From positions 50,158,001 to 50,222,000 of the forward strand of contig NC_043012.1 of assembly GCF_006345805.1 (NCBI RefSeq): a stretch of 64,000 nt of DNA, in the 5' to 3' direction. The notes under the pieces were generated by a model. It saw only the letters and a program-made list of their open reading frames with translations, was not told the origin of the DNA and did not search any database. A program made the translations under genes and the position numbers. Source of the DNA: Octopus sinensis. Lineage: Eukaryota. Positions within the stretch are counted from its first letter, which is position 1; every line of letters begins with the position of its first letter. Positions 28,033-43,000 of the stretch are shown one piece after another.

Positions 28033-28099
<67 letters not shown>

Positions 28100-28700
28100 C
28101 TATGTATATAGTTATTTACTTCCATTTGTTTATTTGTCTGTGCATTTTATTATGTTTTTAGTTTTGTTTATATTGTTACCAGTTTATGGGGATCTTCTTC
28201 TGTGATATGCTGTGGTGTGTGCAAGTGTTCCATTCCAGTTTCCTATTCAGGTTAAGTTTATCTTCTATTATGTGTGTAACTTCCGTAATGTGTCTGATTG
28301 TTGCGTCTGTTCTATGTGTGGACAATATTTTAACTTTTATTTTGTTGAGGGAGCCCCCGTGTTCTTGCTCGGCGTTTTGGTACAGAACCGATGAGTTGTT
28401 TTCTTCCTTAGGTTCTCTCTAATGTCATTTACCCGCTCTCCTATGCTTCGTGCCGTTTCCCCTAAGTATGTCGATGTCTTGTTACTGCATCGTCCCTCTA
28501 TAAATCTTATACTATAGACTACATTTGTGGCTTTACAATTTGTTTGTAGGCTAAATCTACACACAGTACAGTTCCTATCTGTACAGGGGTTCTACAAAAA
28601 GGGTAGTGCTACCGATTAGGGATTCGATAGGGCTGGCTGGCCTTTCAACAACCTTAATCCTTAGCTTAAGTTTGTCTAGGGCCCTTCTAACTACTCGTTA
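27640..28700 (-). mobile_element. Penelope-like element 3' fragment (GIY-YIG endonuclease, 3' UTR and pLTR with partial hammerhead core)
   Basis: CKATNVVYSIRFIEGRCSNKTSTYLGETARSIGERVND..NSSVLYQNAEQEHG..IKVKIL..LNLNRKLEW. CTGATGA-GGTCA..TGGCC-GAAA at 27754-27796. Confidence 0.85.
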
Positions 28701-29335
28701 ATCTAATATAATTGAAGCATCCGTGATATAATCCTTTAGATACCTTTACATATTTTAAAAGTTCTTCTGTAACTCCATTACTATTATTCATTACACTGAA
28801 ATTATATATGTGTTCAGTCAGAATATACATCGCTAAAATTCGCACTGTTTTATTTTATATAATACGTTCCAAATTCACCGTAAAATTCTTTCCGATTTTG
28901 GAGTCTAGGAGAATTCAACATTAGAAGACATTGTTCGGTGAACATTTTTGAGCTTCGATATCTTGCTTGAGACTGATTCAGCAGTTAATGTGGCTTTTCC
29001 ACCACGTATTCGCAGACATAATCAGTACATCAATTTTCGCAAAATATTGGCTTAAATAAATACTTGCCATGTACCGTTATGATACTGATCGCAAAACTAA
29101 AATAAGTGCATTTATGATGAGAAGTATAAATATGACATTACAGAAGAAAAGCAACTTATCTGATCCTAATACAGTCAACAGAATCTATGCGCTTAAGATT
29201 TATTTCCTCACATCCACTTACACACTTATGAATCGTTACATAAACATGCACACACGCACAAACATATATATATATATACACATACACACAGAGACGCACA
29301 CACACAAACATATATACACACACACACAGACACAC

Positions 29336-29371
<36 letters not shown>

Positions 29372-29576
29372 CAAGCCAATGATGTGTGCGATGCAGGACG
29401 TTTATAATCTCAAAAAGCTGCAACCATATAATAATTGAGGAACTAGAATTGCTAAAATGCAATCCAAATAGTGTACATACATATATTTATATATATACGC
29501 ACATACAAGTATACATGAATGCTTATGAACATATATGTATATATATATATATATACATACATACATATATATATAT

Positions 29577-29608
<32 letters not shown>

Positions 29609-30033
29609 ATATTATATATATATATATATATGACATAAAATAAATATATAGCAAAATAAGATTTAAAAAATAGAAAATAAGATCAAAAAGGGAAAGAAGT
29701 CAAGGAAAGAACGATTCCTCCATATTTTGCTTTTTACTATTCTACTTGGTTCTTATTTATTGGCATAATTTATTTATATTTTTATTGTGTATTTTTCATT
29801 TTAACAGTGAATAGCTTCTGTCCTTTTTTATTTTTTGTTTTTTATTTATTTATATAGTTACCTATTCGTTCTTTTTTTACATTTATGTTTGGAATAATGG
29901 CGTAATATCTGATAAGTAAACGTTGTAAACAGTCAAAAATGTAAAGTCTAGCATAAATGTCAATTTAAGGAAAAATTACACTCATCAACAATAGATGTTT
30001 TGCCAAAAGAATGGCGAGCAAAATACGTGAGAT

Positions 30034-30069
<36 letters not shown>

Positions 30070-30264
30070 AGAGAGAGAGAGAGAGAGAGAATAAAAGAGA
30101 GAGAGAGAGGAAGTGAGAGATATATACAAGGTCAGACAGGGACAGAATGAGAAGAGTGAGAGCGAATGAAGGACAAAAAGCATGGTGGGAAAGAGGGACA
30201 TAGGGTTACATAGAAAGAGATGATGATATTGATGAAGATCACATATATACACCTATATATGTTC

Positions 30265-30306
<42 letters not shown>

Positions 30307-30817
30307 ATATATATATATATATATATATATTATGTACATATATATATACATATATACATACATATATACACTCACGCCTAGGTATGCATACAATACCATA
30401 TGAATGTATAAAACACACGTACATGCAGAAGCACATTCTCACAGTCACACTTTCTCTTCCTCAATCGTTCGTTCTCCACACACATAGATACGTACATATG
30501 TACATGTATGTGGGGAGGGAACGATTGCGACTGGGGGAGAGAAAGATTGACTGTAAGAAGATGGCAAAGTGCAATAAGTGGAACAACAAAGGAAAATAAG
30601 GAAGAGACATAAGGTAGACTTGTCAAATAAACATTGTAAATGCAGACATATTGATTAGAGGCGAAAAGGTACTTGAAACGAAGCTATGAGGATAGAGAAG
30701 ACGTTCTGGTAATGTAAGGGTAAGGGCACTAAAAAAAGCGGTGGCTGCGATATTATTGCGTCTCTGTTTTTTTTATTTCGCAAGGAAACGATCTCTGACA
30801 CCAAAACCTTCCCTCTG

Positions 30818-30908
<91 letters not shown>

Positions 30909-31263
30909 TTACATATACATATATAAGCACAAATATATATACACATATATATATACATAATATAGTCACATATATATATATACATAGATATACATAAATA
31001 TATAAAATTTCATATACATACACTATTTTTACATGAATATATATATGTATATATCTATATAAGATATATATATATATATACATATATATAAATTATGTTT
31101 AAATATGTGTACATACACAACGCATATATACATATATTCATATATTTGTTGTATGCATATAGACATATCTATTCATGTATGCATATATATATTATATATG
31201 CACACACACGAACTCACACACACGCAAGTATATTTAGATGCACCCACACACGCACATACACAC

Positions 31264-31331
<68 letters not shown>

Positions 31332-31914
31332 TATCAGGGGACATGCACATAATCATATACACATATATAGACACTTGTGTATTTTTATGTGCGTATCTAT
31401 GTGTATAAGCAATCTTTCCCGTTTCATTTGGCATCTTTATACTTATGTGTCTTTCACAATATTTTTTATATTTTTCAGCCGCTTCATCTTCTTGCTCTTT
31501 TACTTCTTTTATCTTCTCGTTATTCCGCACCCACGCCACTTACTACAGTGAAATAATCTCTTTCACACTACATACCTCTTCGTCCCACCGTCAGTTTCTA
31601 CGTCGGTCTTAACGATTATTGATGACAAAGAAAATATTCCCGTTGAACATAATACTCCCATCTTGCATTCCTTCAACGAAACTAAAAATCTAAAAAAATT
31701 CAGTTTTATTGGGTCTCTCTGTCACTCTCTGCCTACATACCTCTAACTTGCACCTATTTTCTGTCCTTCATAATTTTTTTCCCTCTTTACAATCTACATA
31801 TTTTTTTTACTCCACTGCTAGTTTCATCATCACCATCATCATCGTCGTCGTCGCCGTCGTCATCGTCAGCGTTAGTCCTCATCAACATCAGTATCAGCAG
31901 CATTATTGTAACTT

Positions 31915-31947
<33 letters not shown>

Positions 31948-32136
31948 GCTTTATCATTAGTCGTTTGCGTCTCATTTATACCTGTCTCTCTGCGCACATA
32001 CACATGCATATATGTGTATACACGCGCACATACACAGACAAACACATACATATACACACACTCACATATATTTAACCCTACCTATATCTTCATATGTATA
32101 CATATATATATTCATATATATATATATAATATATAT

Positions 32137-32189
<53 letters not shown>

Positions 32190-33751
32190 CATACATATAT
32201 ATATACATATATATATATACATATATATATATACATATGTAAAATCTATATTTACATATACTAGCATATCATTCATTTATACATATGCACATATACAGAT
32301 TCCTACACACAGACGTACACGCAAGCGATTTATCTCACAAATATATATGTGGAAGTGTAGATGTATATGTGTGCATGTGTTTGTGTGTGTGTGTATGCGT
32401 GCGTGCGCGCGTTTATGAATTGTGTAAGTGAGTGTGTCTGCTTAACGATGGCAGATTATATGTGAACAAGTATTTTACTACACACACGTTTCCCTGCATA
32501 CTCACATGCAGACCCACTCATACTGACATAGTTGCAAATATCTGTGGATGCGTTTCTTTCATTGTGTTTTATTTTGTGTGTATGATTATCTATCTGTTTA
32601 CAAAAATGCTCGCCCGCGTGTGTGTGTGCATGTGAGTGTTTGTGTATGTGTGTTTCCCTAGTGCTTGTGTGTGTCTGTGCGTGTGTGTTTGTGCAAAGGT
32701 ATGTGTCTACTTAATATTGATGAATGATTCTTCATAATGCTCTTCCGTTCGATTAAAAACAACACTAAAACGTCTTTTAAACTAATTTTATGTTGAGGTT
32801 TTCGTGACTAGGAAAAATTCAGAGCATTCTTGTGAAAATGGACAGAAAGGAAATGCCAATATTATATATACAAAAACAAAAATAAAAAATGAATCTTTCA
32901 GATTGTTTGCTGGTCATTTTTTTTTCTGTTATTTTTTCTATGTAGTTTGGTTTATTGAAAATACTAAGATAGCTTTCCAGCAGGTTTTGCATTCAGAAAT
33001 GTTCGTCTCACTACACTCGATGTTAAATAGGTTTTGACACTGAATTTTTGAGAGAACTCCCGGGAAACTATTGACACAGCAATTGACGCACATAATAACA
33101 CTTAACTGTACACAGAAAAATGCTTATTACACATAAAATACATAGTGAGATTCATACATATACATATATTTATATATATACATAAATATAAAACTCACAT
33201 ACATATATTTACATACAAATATACATTCAAACTTACAACTCAACATTTTGTAAATATAAAATCAAACAAAAATACGTATATAGTAGTGCGATACACATCG
33301 CCATACAGAAATATTTTATAGCACCTATACAACTCTACACTTATATGTGATTTTCATCAACAAAGAAGAAATGTGTGAACTTGCTTTACGGATTAAGACA
33401 CGCATCTAACGCTGAATATGAAATTCCATGACAGTTATTACACTACATACATACATACATTACAATAAGTATTCTTGGTACCGTAAATGAACCTATTAAA
33501 CTCAAACAAGCATTCTTCGTTCATTTTAAGTGTAAATAATTAAATGTAAATAATTATACGAAAACTTCAGTGTTTTTCTGTGACTTCTTGAAAGACACCT
33601 TATTTAAAATAATGGTTTGTGATTTCCCAGTGGTTTAGGTTTGGAAAACTTGAGGTAGAGAAATCATTGAACATCCAAACTGGGTTTCTGCATTTAGAGG
33701 TAATACCACTTGTTTCCCGACACGCAACATTGATAGTCTAATATTTCTAGA

Positions 33752-33917
33752 TATTTTCGTCTGTCTTTAGGTTCTAAGTTCAAATTCCGCCGGGGTCGAC
33801 TTTGCCTCTCACCCATTCAGAGTCGATAAACTAAGTACCCGTTGCGTACTAGATTCGATGTAATCGACTGGCACCTTCCCCGAAAATTTCGAGCCTTGTG
33901 CCCAGAGTAGAAAAGAA
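33752..33917 (+). mobile_element. SINE with Nin/Deu-like domain
   Basis: GTTCAAATTCCGCCGGGGTCGACTTTGCC..GTCGATAAACTAAGTACC; homologous to 17620-17795. Confidence 0.8.
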
Positions 33918-34613
33918 TATTTCTAGATTTGTTGTTATTGTCAGCTCGAGCAGTTATTTGATCAAAGTTGCTTCAGCCATAATCACATGGCTTGATACAT
34001 AGAGTATTGAAAATGTAATACAGAATGTGCATTCCCTTTATTTTCTCAAGCAATAATTTTCTCAAGATATAATTTGAACGATACTTGACAGCTGCTTAAA
34101 GTTGACCCTCGTTTTGGTATGTGAGAGAAATCAGCATGCACGTGTTTGTCTCAAATTCTATAGGAAATATTCGTTGTAATTTATTGTTTTCAATGGTTTC
34201 CACCTCCATTTCAAAAAGATGCTCTCTGCACGGAAAAGGGCTATCGTATTACTGCAAATATGGCAGATCCTCCGTCGAGATCGAATGACTATTCTGTTGC
34301 ATCAACTTAATTGCTTTATGCGGATATATATTATTTAACAATTAGTTGATATGTGGCTCCTTAATTTAGACTTGGAGCCACATTACCATGTCACATTATA
34401 TGATAAGGACAGACCTCGCAATTAAGTGTGTATTCAGTTGACATGTTCCCACCTCCAGGTTGGGAATATGGTAAAGGCACCTACCAGACAATAGGATCGA
34501 ACTCTATTTCTCAAAAGTTTGAAAGAATCTTCTTTGCCAGTTAGCCATGCCAGCATCGAGTTGTGTGTACTAAAATGTTACGATATTGCCGTTTTCTTGA
34601 AACAACATACACA

Positions 34614-34647
<34 letters not shown>

Positions 34648-35119
34648 ACACACACACACACACACACAGAATATTCAGTATGAAATAATTATTTCCTTTT
34701 ATTACAGAAACTACGTTTTGAAATTTATTCCTCATCATTTTACATTCTGAGCATGTAGAAATGTATATGGTTTTGGCTTTCCTTAATCTTGTGTCGAAAT
34801 TATAGAATCAAAAACACCTAAAATATCCCATCTTATGTCATGAAATAGGAGCAACACTATAATATGTTCAGAGTTTTAAAATAATATATTTCAGAGGATT
34901 TAAAAAGTTATCAACCACGCTATTGATTATTAGTTTACAAATTGCTCTCTAATTATGTCATTCAATCCATAATCAAAATTTGGTCATTATAATAACCATC
35001 TAATATACTATAAATACCATGATTTTCACTGTATGACACTTCTCTACAATCAACTCAAATATATCCTCGCCATCATCGTTTCATCTTCGCTGCCGCTACA
35101 ACCACTCCGGCAGTAACTG

Positions 35120-35705
35120 CACCTTTGGCCACTGAACAAGGCAAAACGGTTTTATCATGCCGCTCGCACCTTGGGTATACCGGTGGCACAGACATCCTGT
35201 ATCTGGGCAGTTTATCCCGAACATGTAGAGCACTCCTATAGCACTGCCAAATGAGGTGTTTCTAGTAATTATCCAGGTACCCCGACCCGAAAGTTCTTTT
35301 AAATAGGTCGTCCCTCTTGAATTCTACCAACCCTCTAGATAGTACAGAAGAGGTATTCCCACTGCCGGCCTTGCTCGCTTTATGGATTAGCGCCAGTGCC
35401 TTTCGGCACTCTTTTTGCTGTTCTGTCAGATCTTGTCTCTCAATGAACCTCGGTTTGAATCTCTCTAAAGATGCAGGTTGCGGAAAGAATTTCTCCGCCA
35501 GCGAATTTTATACATGGTCAGCCTCCAGGTAGAGCAAGAGGTGCCTCAGCCTCAGTGCATGTTTGCGCATCTTCAGCCACGGCATCCCTGGCCCACCCTT
35601 TAGCGGTTCTTGACAGCAGACAGATCACCTCACAGGAGTTTTTTCTCCTTTCTATAAAAAGCGAAGGAGAAGGCATTCCAACTTATTTAGCCCACGAAAT
35701 AGGGT
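35120..35705 (-). mobile_element. Tx1/L1-clade LINE ORF2 C-terminal fragment (post-RT region and zf-RVT-like motif)
   Basis: SVCCQEPLKGGPGMPWLKMRKHALRLRHLLLYL..ECRKALA..LFKRTFGSGYLDNY*KHLIWQCYRSALHVRDKL..YPRCERHDKTVL. Confidence 0.8.
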
Positions 35706-36514
35706 AAGCGACTACGAAACTACGAACTGCCGACTACATCACACCGCTACTACATACATGAAGTAGCACCGGCTATTTTTGTCAGAGGGAGTCGTATTCT
35801 CGCAACAACATGGTTATACTTAGATAATTCTTAGATAATTGTTAGATGGTTATACTTAGATACATTCAGGGGTACATCATCAAATTACTTTCTTCTAACC
35901 ACAACTAAAATCATTTCACTTATTTACTGAATTTTGACCCTAATATGAGGAGTAGAAATTCGTGGGCCATGCATCATATAACCAAGTGGTTCATCATTAT
36001 CCAAGGTCCATTTAGAATTAGAACTTTTTTACATATCACGAAATGCATTGTCGCATTCTACTTCTCAGTCTTATAATATGCTGACAATGATTAACCGAAC
36101 GCTCATATCGCTGACGCTGAAGTTGATGCAATAGAGTATATATTTTTATTTCGGTCACCTTACATGATTTCTGATCCTTTATAGACATTGCCAGGGACAG
36201 TTAAAGTAGCTATACAATTCAATATATTCTTAATGTAACATAATGCAAACAATGCTGCGATTCGAACTTTCCTCTCTTTGAACACATTAAATGAACATGA
36301 TTATGAACCTGCTTAAATTAACATTGATAACGACAGTCTTTAGAAATTTTTGTATACAGTGAAACGGTGCAAACGTCATCTACATTAATAATAAATGTAT
36401 CTGAAATAACTTGATGAAAATGCGTTTTTTCTCATCAAAATGCTTTCTTTCAATTTAACCGACGGTTATATTGCGCACGCGCGATTGTATTTGTGTGTGT
36501 ATATACAATCATAC

Positions 36515-36864
36515 ACGGTGGTACTCCGTCGTTTACGACGACGAGGATTCCGCTAGATCCGATCAACTTAAAAGCATGCTCGTGAAATTAACGCGCAAGT
36601 GGCTGAGCATTCCACAAACACGTGTACCTTAACATAGTTCTCGGGGAGATTCCGCGTGACACTGAGTGTGAGAAGGCTGGCCCTTTGAAATGCAGAGAGA
36701 AAGTTGTGGTGAAATAGTACAGGAGTGTCTCCGCCCCCTGCCGGAGCCTCGTGGAGATTTAGGTGTTTTCGCTAAATAAACCCTCACAATGCCCGGTCTA
36801 GGAATGAAAACCGCGATCCTATTCCCGCGAGTCCGATGCACTAACTACTGGGTTATTGCACCTC
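36515..36864 (-). mobile_element. tRNA-derived SINE with the same head as 2665-2982 but a different 3' tail
   Basis: Head CGGACTCGCGGG..GATCGCGGTTT..AGCGAAAACACCTAAATCTCCACGAGGCTCCGGCAG. Tail TTCAAAGGGCCAGCC..TCAGCCACTTGCGCGTTAATTTCACGAGC..CTCGTCGTCGTAAACGACGGAGT. Confidence 0.85.
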
Positions 36865-36891
36865 CCCCCATAAACAGATACGTTATATACA

Positions 36892-36926
<35 letters not shown>

Positions 36927-37231
36927 CGCTGCTTGAAATTTTATTTTAATTCTCTCGCAGGAAGGCCTATGGATTAGTGTTCTGTTATGCCTTCGAAACA
37001 TGCCTGACTCCTCTAGCGACAGCTGATGACGGGGGTTTTGTCCTTGTGTAACCTGTCCTGTATTGGTTTTCGTTTTCCGTTTTCTTGTTTTTGTTTTTTG
37101 GCTTTTCTGTTTCTACGTCTTATTGTGATGTCCTGTACTTCCGTATAATTATTTATATATGCATGTATATATACATGTAGATGTAGGTACGTACATATAT
37201 GTTTGTATGTATGCATATATTTTTATTATCT

Positions 37232-37267
<36 letters not shown>

Positions 37268-37345
37268 TATATAATCATATATATATCATATATATATATA
37301 TATATATATATATGCGTTCATAAATACATACACACATAGATATAT

Positions 37346-37381
<36 letters not shown>

Positions 37382-38380
37382 ATAAGGAAATATATTGTTT
37401 TGTTACTTATTTATTATTGCATAATAATACAGCAATTTATTGATATGAGTGCAGTGCCAAGATAACCACTAATAGAGGAGAAAATTAGTAAAATTTACAA
37501 AAGAAATGGAAACAGACACAAATTTCAGAAAGAGAAAAGATGAAGCTTGAGATAAAGTGAAATGAAAAGATATAAGACAACATACATTTACGAAAGATAG
37601 GAAACATTCTGCATTTTTAAATGCTTTATGTAAGTAAAAATATTTTGTCACTTTTATAGTCATAAATCATTAATAGAGAGTGCAAGAATGGAAGAAATAG
37701 GAAAGAATAAGGAAAATATATGACTAAATATATATGTATACAAGTAGGTACATTTCAGCTAAGATTTTAAATTGGAAACTTGCAAAATAAATTTATATAA
37801 CAAAATATTTGTAGTGAACTTGTAACGATCACCATCAATTTAAATTGTTTCAGACAAATACTAACTGCTTATTCGATTAATTTTCTGCTAAAACAAACAT
37901 TACAATTACATTTTTATATTCATTTACGATTTGATTATGTTGTTTTTATTTTCATCTTTCCAATTATTTTTATATATTTTATTTAGTTCACAATTTTTTT
38001 TTAGTTATCTTTTTTTTTTTCAAGATTTTATCGTACATTTAGATTTTATCGTATATTTTGATATGTTTATGATAGAATGTTATATATTTATTTATTTTGT
38101 ATTTTTGCACAACTATTTATTAATTTATTGCTGTAAGAATTGCAATTATCAAACTGAATAATATATCAAAAGAGTTAAAACAAGTAATGTAGTATATTTA
38201 TTGTTTTTGCTATTAAACTTATATTGATGTACTTTTAGTGTGTAATTTCACAGACTACTTAAACTACATCATAATATTCTCCAAATAGAACTGTAGAACT
38301 CGACAATTTAACGTATAATTATTAACTGAAATACTCACAGCATACATACATGTATATATATATCTGTATGTATGTGTATA

Positions 38381-38411
<31 letters not shown>

Positions 38412-38433
38412 TTATATATATATATATATATAC

Positions 38434-38633
38434 AGGGTTTAGCAACGAATTGCTTTACCACAGACCGAATTTAGAAATAGCAGTCAAAGAGTTATAGCTA
38501 TTTCTTCTACTAAAAAGGGAGATCTCAGTAAAAACACAGCAAGATCTCCCTTTTTAGTAGAAGAAATAGCTATAACTCTTTGACTGCTATTTCTAAATTC
38601 GGTCTGTGGTAAGGCAATTCGTTGCTAAACCCT
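38434..38633. repeat. Near-perfect palindrome with 92-bp arms and a 16-nt spacer
   Basis: 38434-38525 is the reverse complement of 38542-38633 with one mismatch seen. Confidence 0.95.
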
Positions 38634-38752
38634 TTATTGCTTAGTATTACTTAAATTTTCCTCGAATGAGGCATTTACATGCCGAAGACTACTTGGTGTA
38701 ATTGATAATTATTCCAAATTAATTAATTTCACCCTTCATTATTACGGATAAC

Positions 38753-38796
<44 letters not shown>

Positions 38797-39330
38797 TACA
38801 CTCATCACACACATACGTCTATATAGACACGAATATTTGTGAATATGTGTGTGTTTGTATTCATGTCTTCTGTGAATCTCAGTTTCTTACTAGTTATTTG
38901 TATTCCGTTATATTTTGTCACTTTCATATTAAAATACAACGTTTAACTTATTAAAAACCTGAAGACATATAAAATTTGTCTCAATTAATGATAATGTAAA
39001 TCACAGCTGTGCTTTATTAAACACTAACTTTTCCAGAAATGTATAAACTTCGCAGTATCTCCTTTGCGTGTCCCTAAATACTATCACATATATTTATTTG
39101 AGATGAACTCGTTGACCAGACGTATAGTCAGCTGTGAAAGAAAAAGAAATACTGAAATACTGAATTTATGCCGGCGTAGTGCACAAAGATACATACATAC
39201 GCACAAATTCTGTCTCATACTTCAAGGACTACACGCACGTACTCACGGACGCGCACACACGCACGCACACACACACACACGCACACGCACACACTCACAC
39301 AAACGCCCACACACGCACACACATTATATA

Positions 39331-39547
39331 CGTCAGGGTGCTGAAAATATCCTGGCTTTGGATAAAAGTAAATGTAAGCGGATCATTTAATTATGATTTT
39401 GTTCAACACATTCCCCTGTCAAATTCACACACTTATTGCAGCGGTCTTCCGGTTTTTCTCAGCCATGTAAAAGAACTCTGAATGTTAGGGCCTCAAGTTG
39501 GTCTTTTGCGGTTCACTTAAAGCCAAGAACTCTTCAGTTACCCTTCG
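39331..39547. mobile_element. Mariner-type MITE (about 217 bp) at a TA site
   Basis: TA|CGTCAGGGTGCTGAAAATATCCTGGCTTT ... AAAGCCAAGAACTCTTCAGTTACCCTTCG|TA; imperfect TIRs of about 29 bp. Confidence 0.75.
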
Positions 39548-41859
39548 TATATTTACGTTCACGGGCACACGAATAATGGCAAGATATTCAGAATCCACTA
39601 TAATATAAAAAATAGCATTTATGTAATATAAACAACTTAAATGGTATACTAATTTTGTAAGGAAATATATATTTTATTTTATATGCACTCAATACATTCT
39701 AGCACGGATACTGTAACTAATGTAATTTCTTTGAGACAACTACTTTTATATAAGTTATTGAACGGTTTGTCTAACACTATATCTTTTATATTCTATATAT
39801 AATATATTAATAAAATAATTTGACATCATCATTCAGCGAAAATGGCAATTACTGAAAAGTTTTAAAATGTATATAAAGGACATAATTTGATAGAAGGTAA
39901 AAACAATTCTCTTAAGAGTGAACAGAAGTCAAATAGATTATAAAAAAAAGAAAAGAAAATTTCTGTGAACGTCCTAAGTTGATTTTGATAAAACAAAATT
40001 CATAAAACACTTCATTAAGAGTTGATTATTTTATTTCTTTCTATTGCAAACTGAAACCTCTAAAATATACTTGAAGTATATGGCCGGAGGTAATCCGTAT
40101 CTAAATGGTTGTTTCATCAGGTTATTTAATAGGGCAATCAAACACCGTTATAAGGGAGAAGAAACAGATAAAAAGAATTTAAAGCAATGTAAAAGATAGA
40201 AGTGTGGAAAAATCTGAAGAACTGAAGTAAATCAAAATTAGAAAATGGAATTTGGACGAAAAAATATATGAAAGAAATTGTTAGATGAAGGGCAACAATA
40301 ACAACGTGAAAACAATCAGTTTCACAAACGATAAACTTGTGGAAGATGATGATGATGCTAATGATGTTTATGGTTATGACGATGGCGAATTAATTTGAAA
40401 AATGTTTGGAAAAGTTTTTGAAGATATTTTGACTCTAAAATCATCGAAAACAATTCCTCAATTTCAATTGTCATTTCTCTCGAAAGAGAGAGAAATTTTA
40501 TTATATTATACATAATGTCCTTAACACGGACATAGAACTCTGTTTACTCCTGGGTTGAATAAAATTAGAAATATGATATTTCGACTTAATTCAGAAGCGT
40601 CAATGATTGGGTATGGGATATTATAGTTGTGTAAAGCTAAATTTCTGCATGTGTTGAAGCTCTTTCTTTGACCAATCATTTCAATGAAATAGGAAAAAAG
40701 ATTTTCGTTTTCATTAAAGACACGCCTCAGTGAATTTTCAATTTTCTACTCCTTTATATTAGTTATTTATTGTTTTCTATACTGTTTTATACATTTCTGT
40801 TTCTCCGTTTCGTTTTGTTTTTTAGTTTTGGTTTGATTTCTTTGGCGAAAAAAATCTCTTTCATTTCTGAATTTTCATTCGGCTTATAACACTATTTCGT
40901 CTCTCTAGTTAATTCGCACATTCAACTTTCCAATTCACGCATCAGCAATCATTTTGTGCATAAGTAAAGTAGTTACCGCTCTTAATTTCAACTGTCCCGG
41001 ACAAAGTGAACTTTTAAAATGTTCCGCTATTAGAAGTAATCTCAATATTTTCGATGATTGTGACGCTTCACTTGTTCTACACTTAAATTTTATGAAGGTG
41101 ATAGAAATGTTGATTATTTTGTTATAAGTCTCTCGGCTACCAGACAACAAAATGGTGCTGAGAGAGGTATTTTGATCATTTGATGCCACTAAATAGTTCG
41201 TTTCCCGACAGAGGATCAGTGCTGCGTGCTTAGAGACGTATGTCATTTTCTAATACATTAACAGAATTTTTGTGATACCTTGGTCGGTATTTCCCTCCAA
41301 TATGCACTGCAGTACAATTATTATATACAAACCAATTTGTGAGTGGTATTCGAAATACAGTATTTCAAAGGCTTAGAGTCAGCAGAAGCATTGTAAAATG
41401 GGAAGAGTAATTCCCTTTTTGAAAGAAGAAAAATAAAGTTTCCAAATACAGTATTAGACAACACCACAGAAATACTGATATATAAAGTTGCAAATAAAAC
41501 GAAAATAAAAAATCATTACATTGAAGGATGCACATCCCTACTGTGATTATGAAGAAAATCATAGCAATGTACGATTTCTATTCGACGAAATACATATATT
41601 AGAATTTATGTTAATGTAAGTTTGCCACAAATATGTTGGATTATTTCCCTTTCTTCACACACTACTTTTATTGACATGGTGATTCGCATCCAAAGTAGAA
41701 ATAAACAAAACTTAAAGGAACCAAGTGGCTTTATACTTACCACAATTCTTACATCGAATTCATTGCATTATTGTGGTTTTCATTTGGATGGTTTTCGAGG
41801 GTTTTCGAAGAAAAATTACTCTTCTAGTTTTTATAGTTTTAATAAATATACTCACCATT

Positions 41860-43000
41860 CTAAAAATAAAAACGCACAATTAAGAACACTTGTACAAGGA
41901 AAAGCAAGGGCACCTATTTCTAAGAGACAAAATATCATAAATTTAAGTGGATTTAGTAAGCATTGTAGATCAACCAAATATACAATTAGTACGATTTAAA
42001 GAAGCAAAATTAGCTAAGAAGGTAAGGTAGTGAAAGACATATGAAAGCCATTTAAGACTAGTTCCTCACGCTGGAATGAAAGTGAAAACTCTGTTACTAA
42101 TGTAGATAAAAGAAAGACAATTAGCTAGTGATTCAGTGAGTTAATAATTTATTATTTAAAAACAAAAGCTAAAAAAAAAAGAAAAGCTATTAACTGCGTA
42201 AAGGACATGCACTTGGGACTGGTGAAGGAAACCTATCAAACTTTACAGTTTTCGTTCGCATCAATAAAAAAAAAACTATTCTGGCATTCGAGGTAGTAAA
42301 AAGCAGCTAGCTGACATTCATCTCCTTCAGAAAAATCTTACTGAATCTTGTAAACTTGTGAAGGAGAGTAATTTGGGTTCTGACCTCACATTTTTGAGAG
42401 AAAAATGTTCAAGGTAGATATCTCTCTGAGAAGGAGGTCAGATTATCTTGTAATGAACTATGAAGGCTATACTAAATTCTCACTTTTGCACTAATGCTTG
42501 TGTGGATGGATTTGAAAGAGAAGCAACTCGTAATCTGTCATTTAGGAAATCCCATTTCTTTTAAGAACATTAAGTAGAAAAGTTTTGGTTTTCATTGAAT
42601 CTGGATCTCGAAGGTATGGACAATGAGGAACGTGTTTACTAAATGGTTCTCTAAAGTGTTTGCCCCCATAGAATACTCATTTTTTTATAGATAAAGCTCC
42701 AGCACAAACTAATTATCTTCATGAGTCAATTTATATATTTTTCTTTCACTTCCATGCCCAAAGAAGTACACAAACAAACAGTCTCCATAATGCGTGTCTT
42801 AGACATTGTAAGACCCGTTGAAAGACAATATCGTGTTATGATACTGTCCAAGAATGCGTAGAAGTTTCTACCAATAGCTACACCGCTTATTGAGTCTGAT
42901 ATTATCAAAATTTATTCCATCTACATTCCTAATTCAAATCTTTCACTAGACACCATAAATTATTTAAAAAATTACGCGCAAAGCATCTTTTGAGGACGAG
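41860..43000 (+). mobile_element. Very old Tigger/pogo transposase remnant
   Basis: TKYTISTI (psq-HTH-like), DLKEKQLVICHLGNPISFKNI (cf. DFKLKPLLIYHSENPRAFKN), KVWTMRNVFTKWFSKVFAP (KAWMT..F..WF...F.P), FIDKAPA (LLDNAPAH). Confidence 0.55.

Noticed and set aside
34351-34383. 10-bp perfect hairpin ATGTGGCTCC/GGAGCCACAT
   Set aside because: Too short for a pre-miRNA and plausible by chance in 64 kb.
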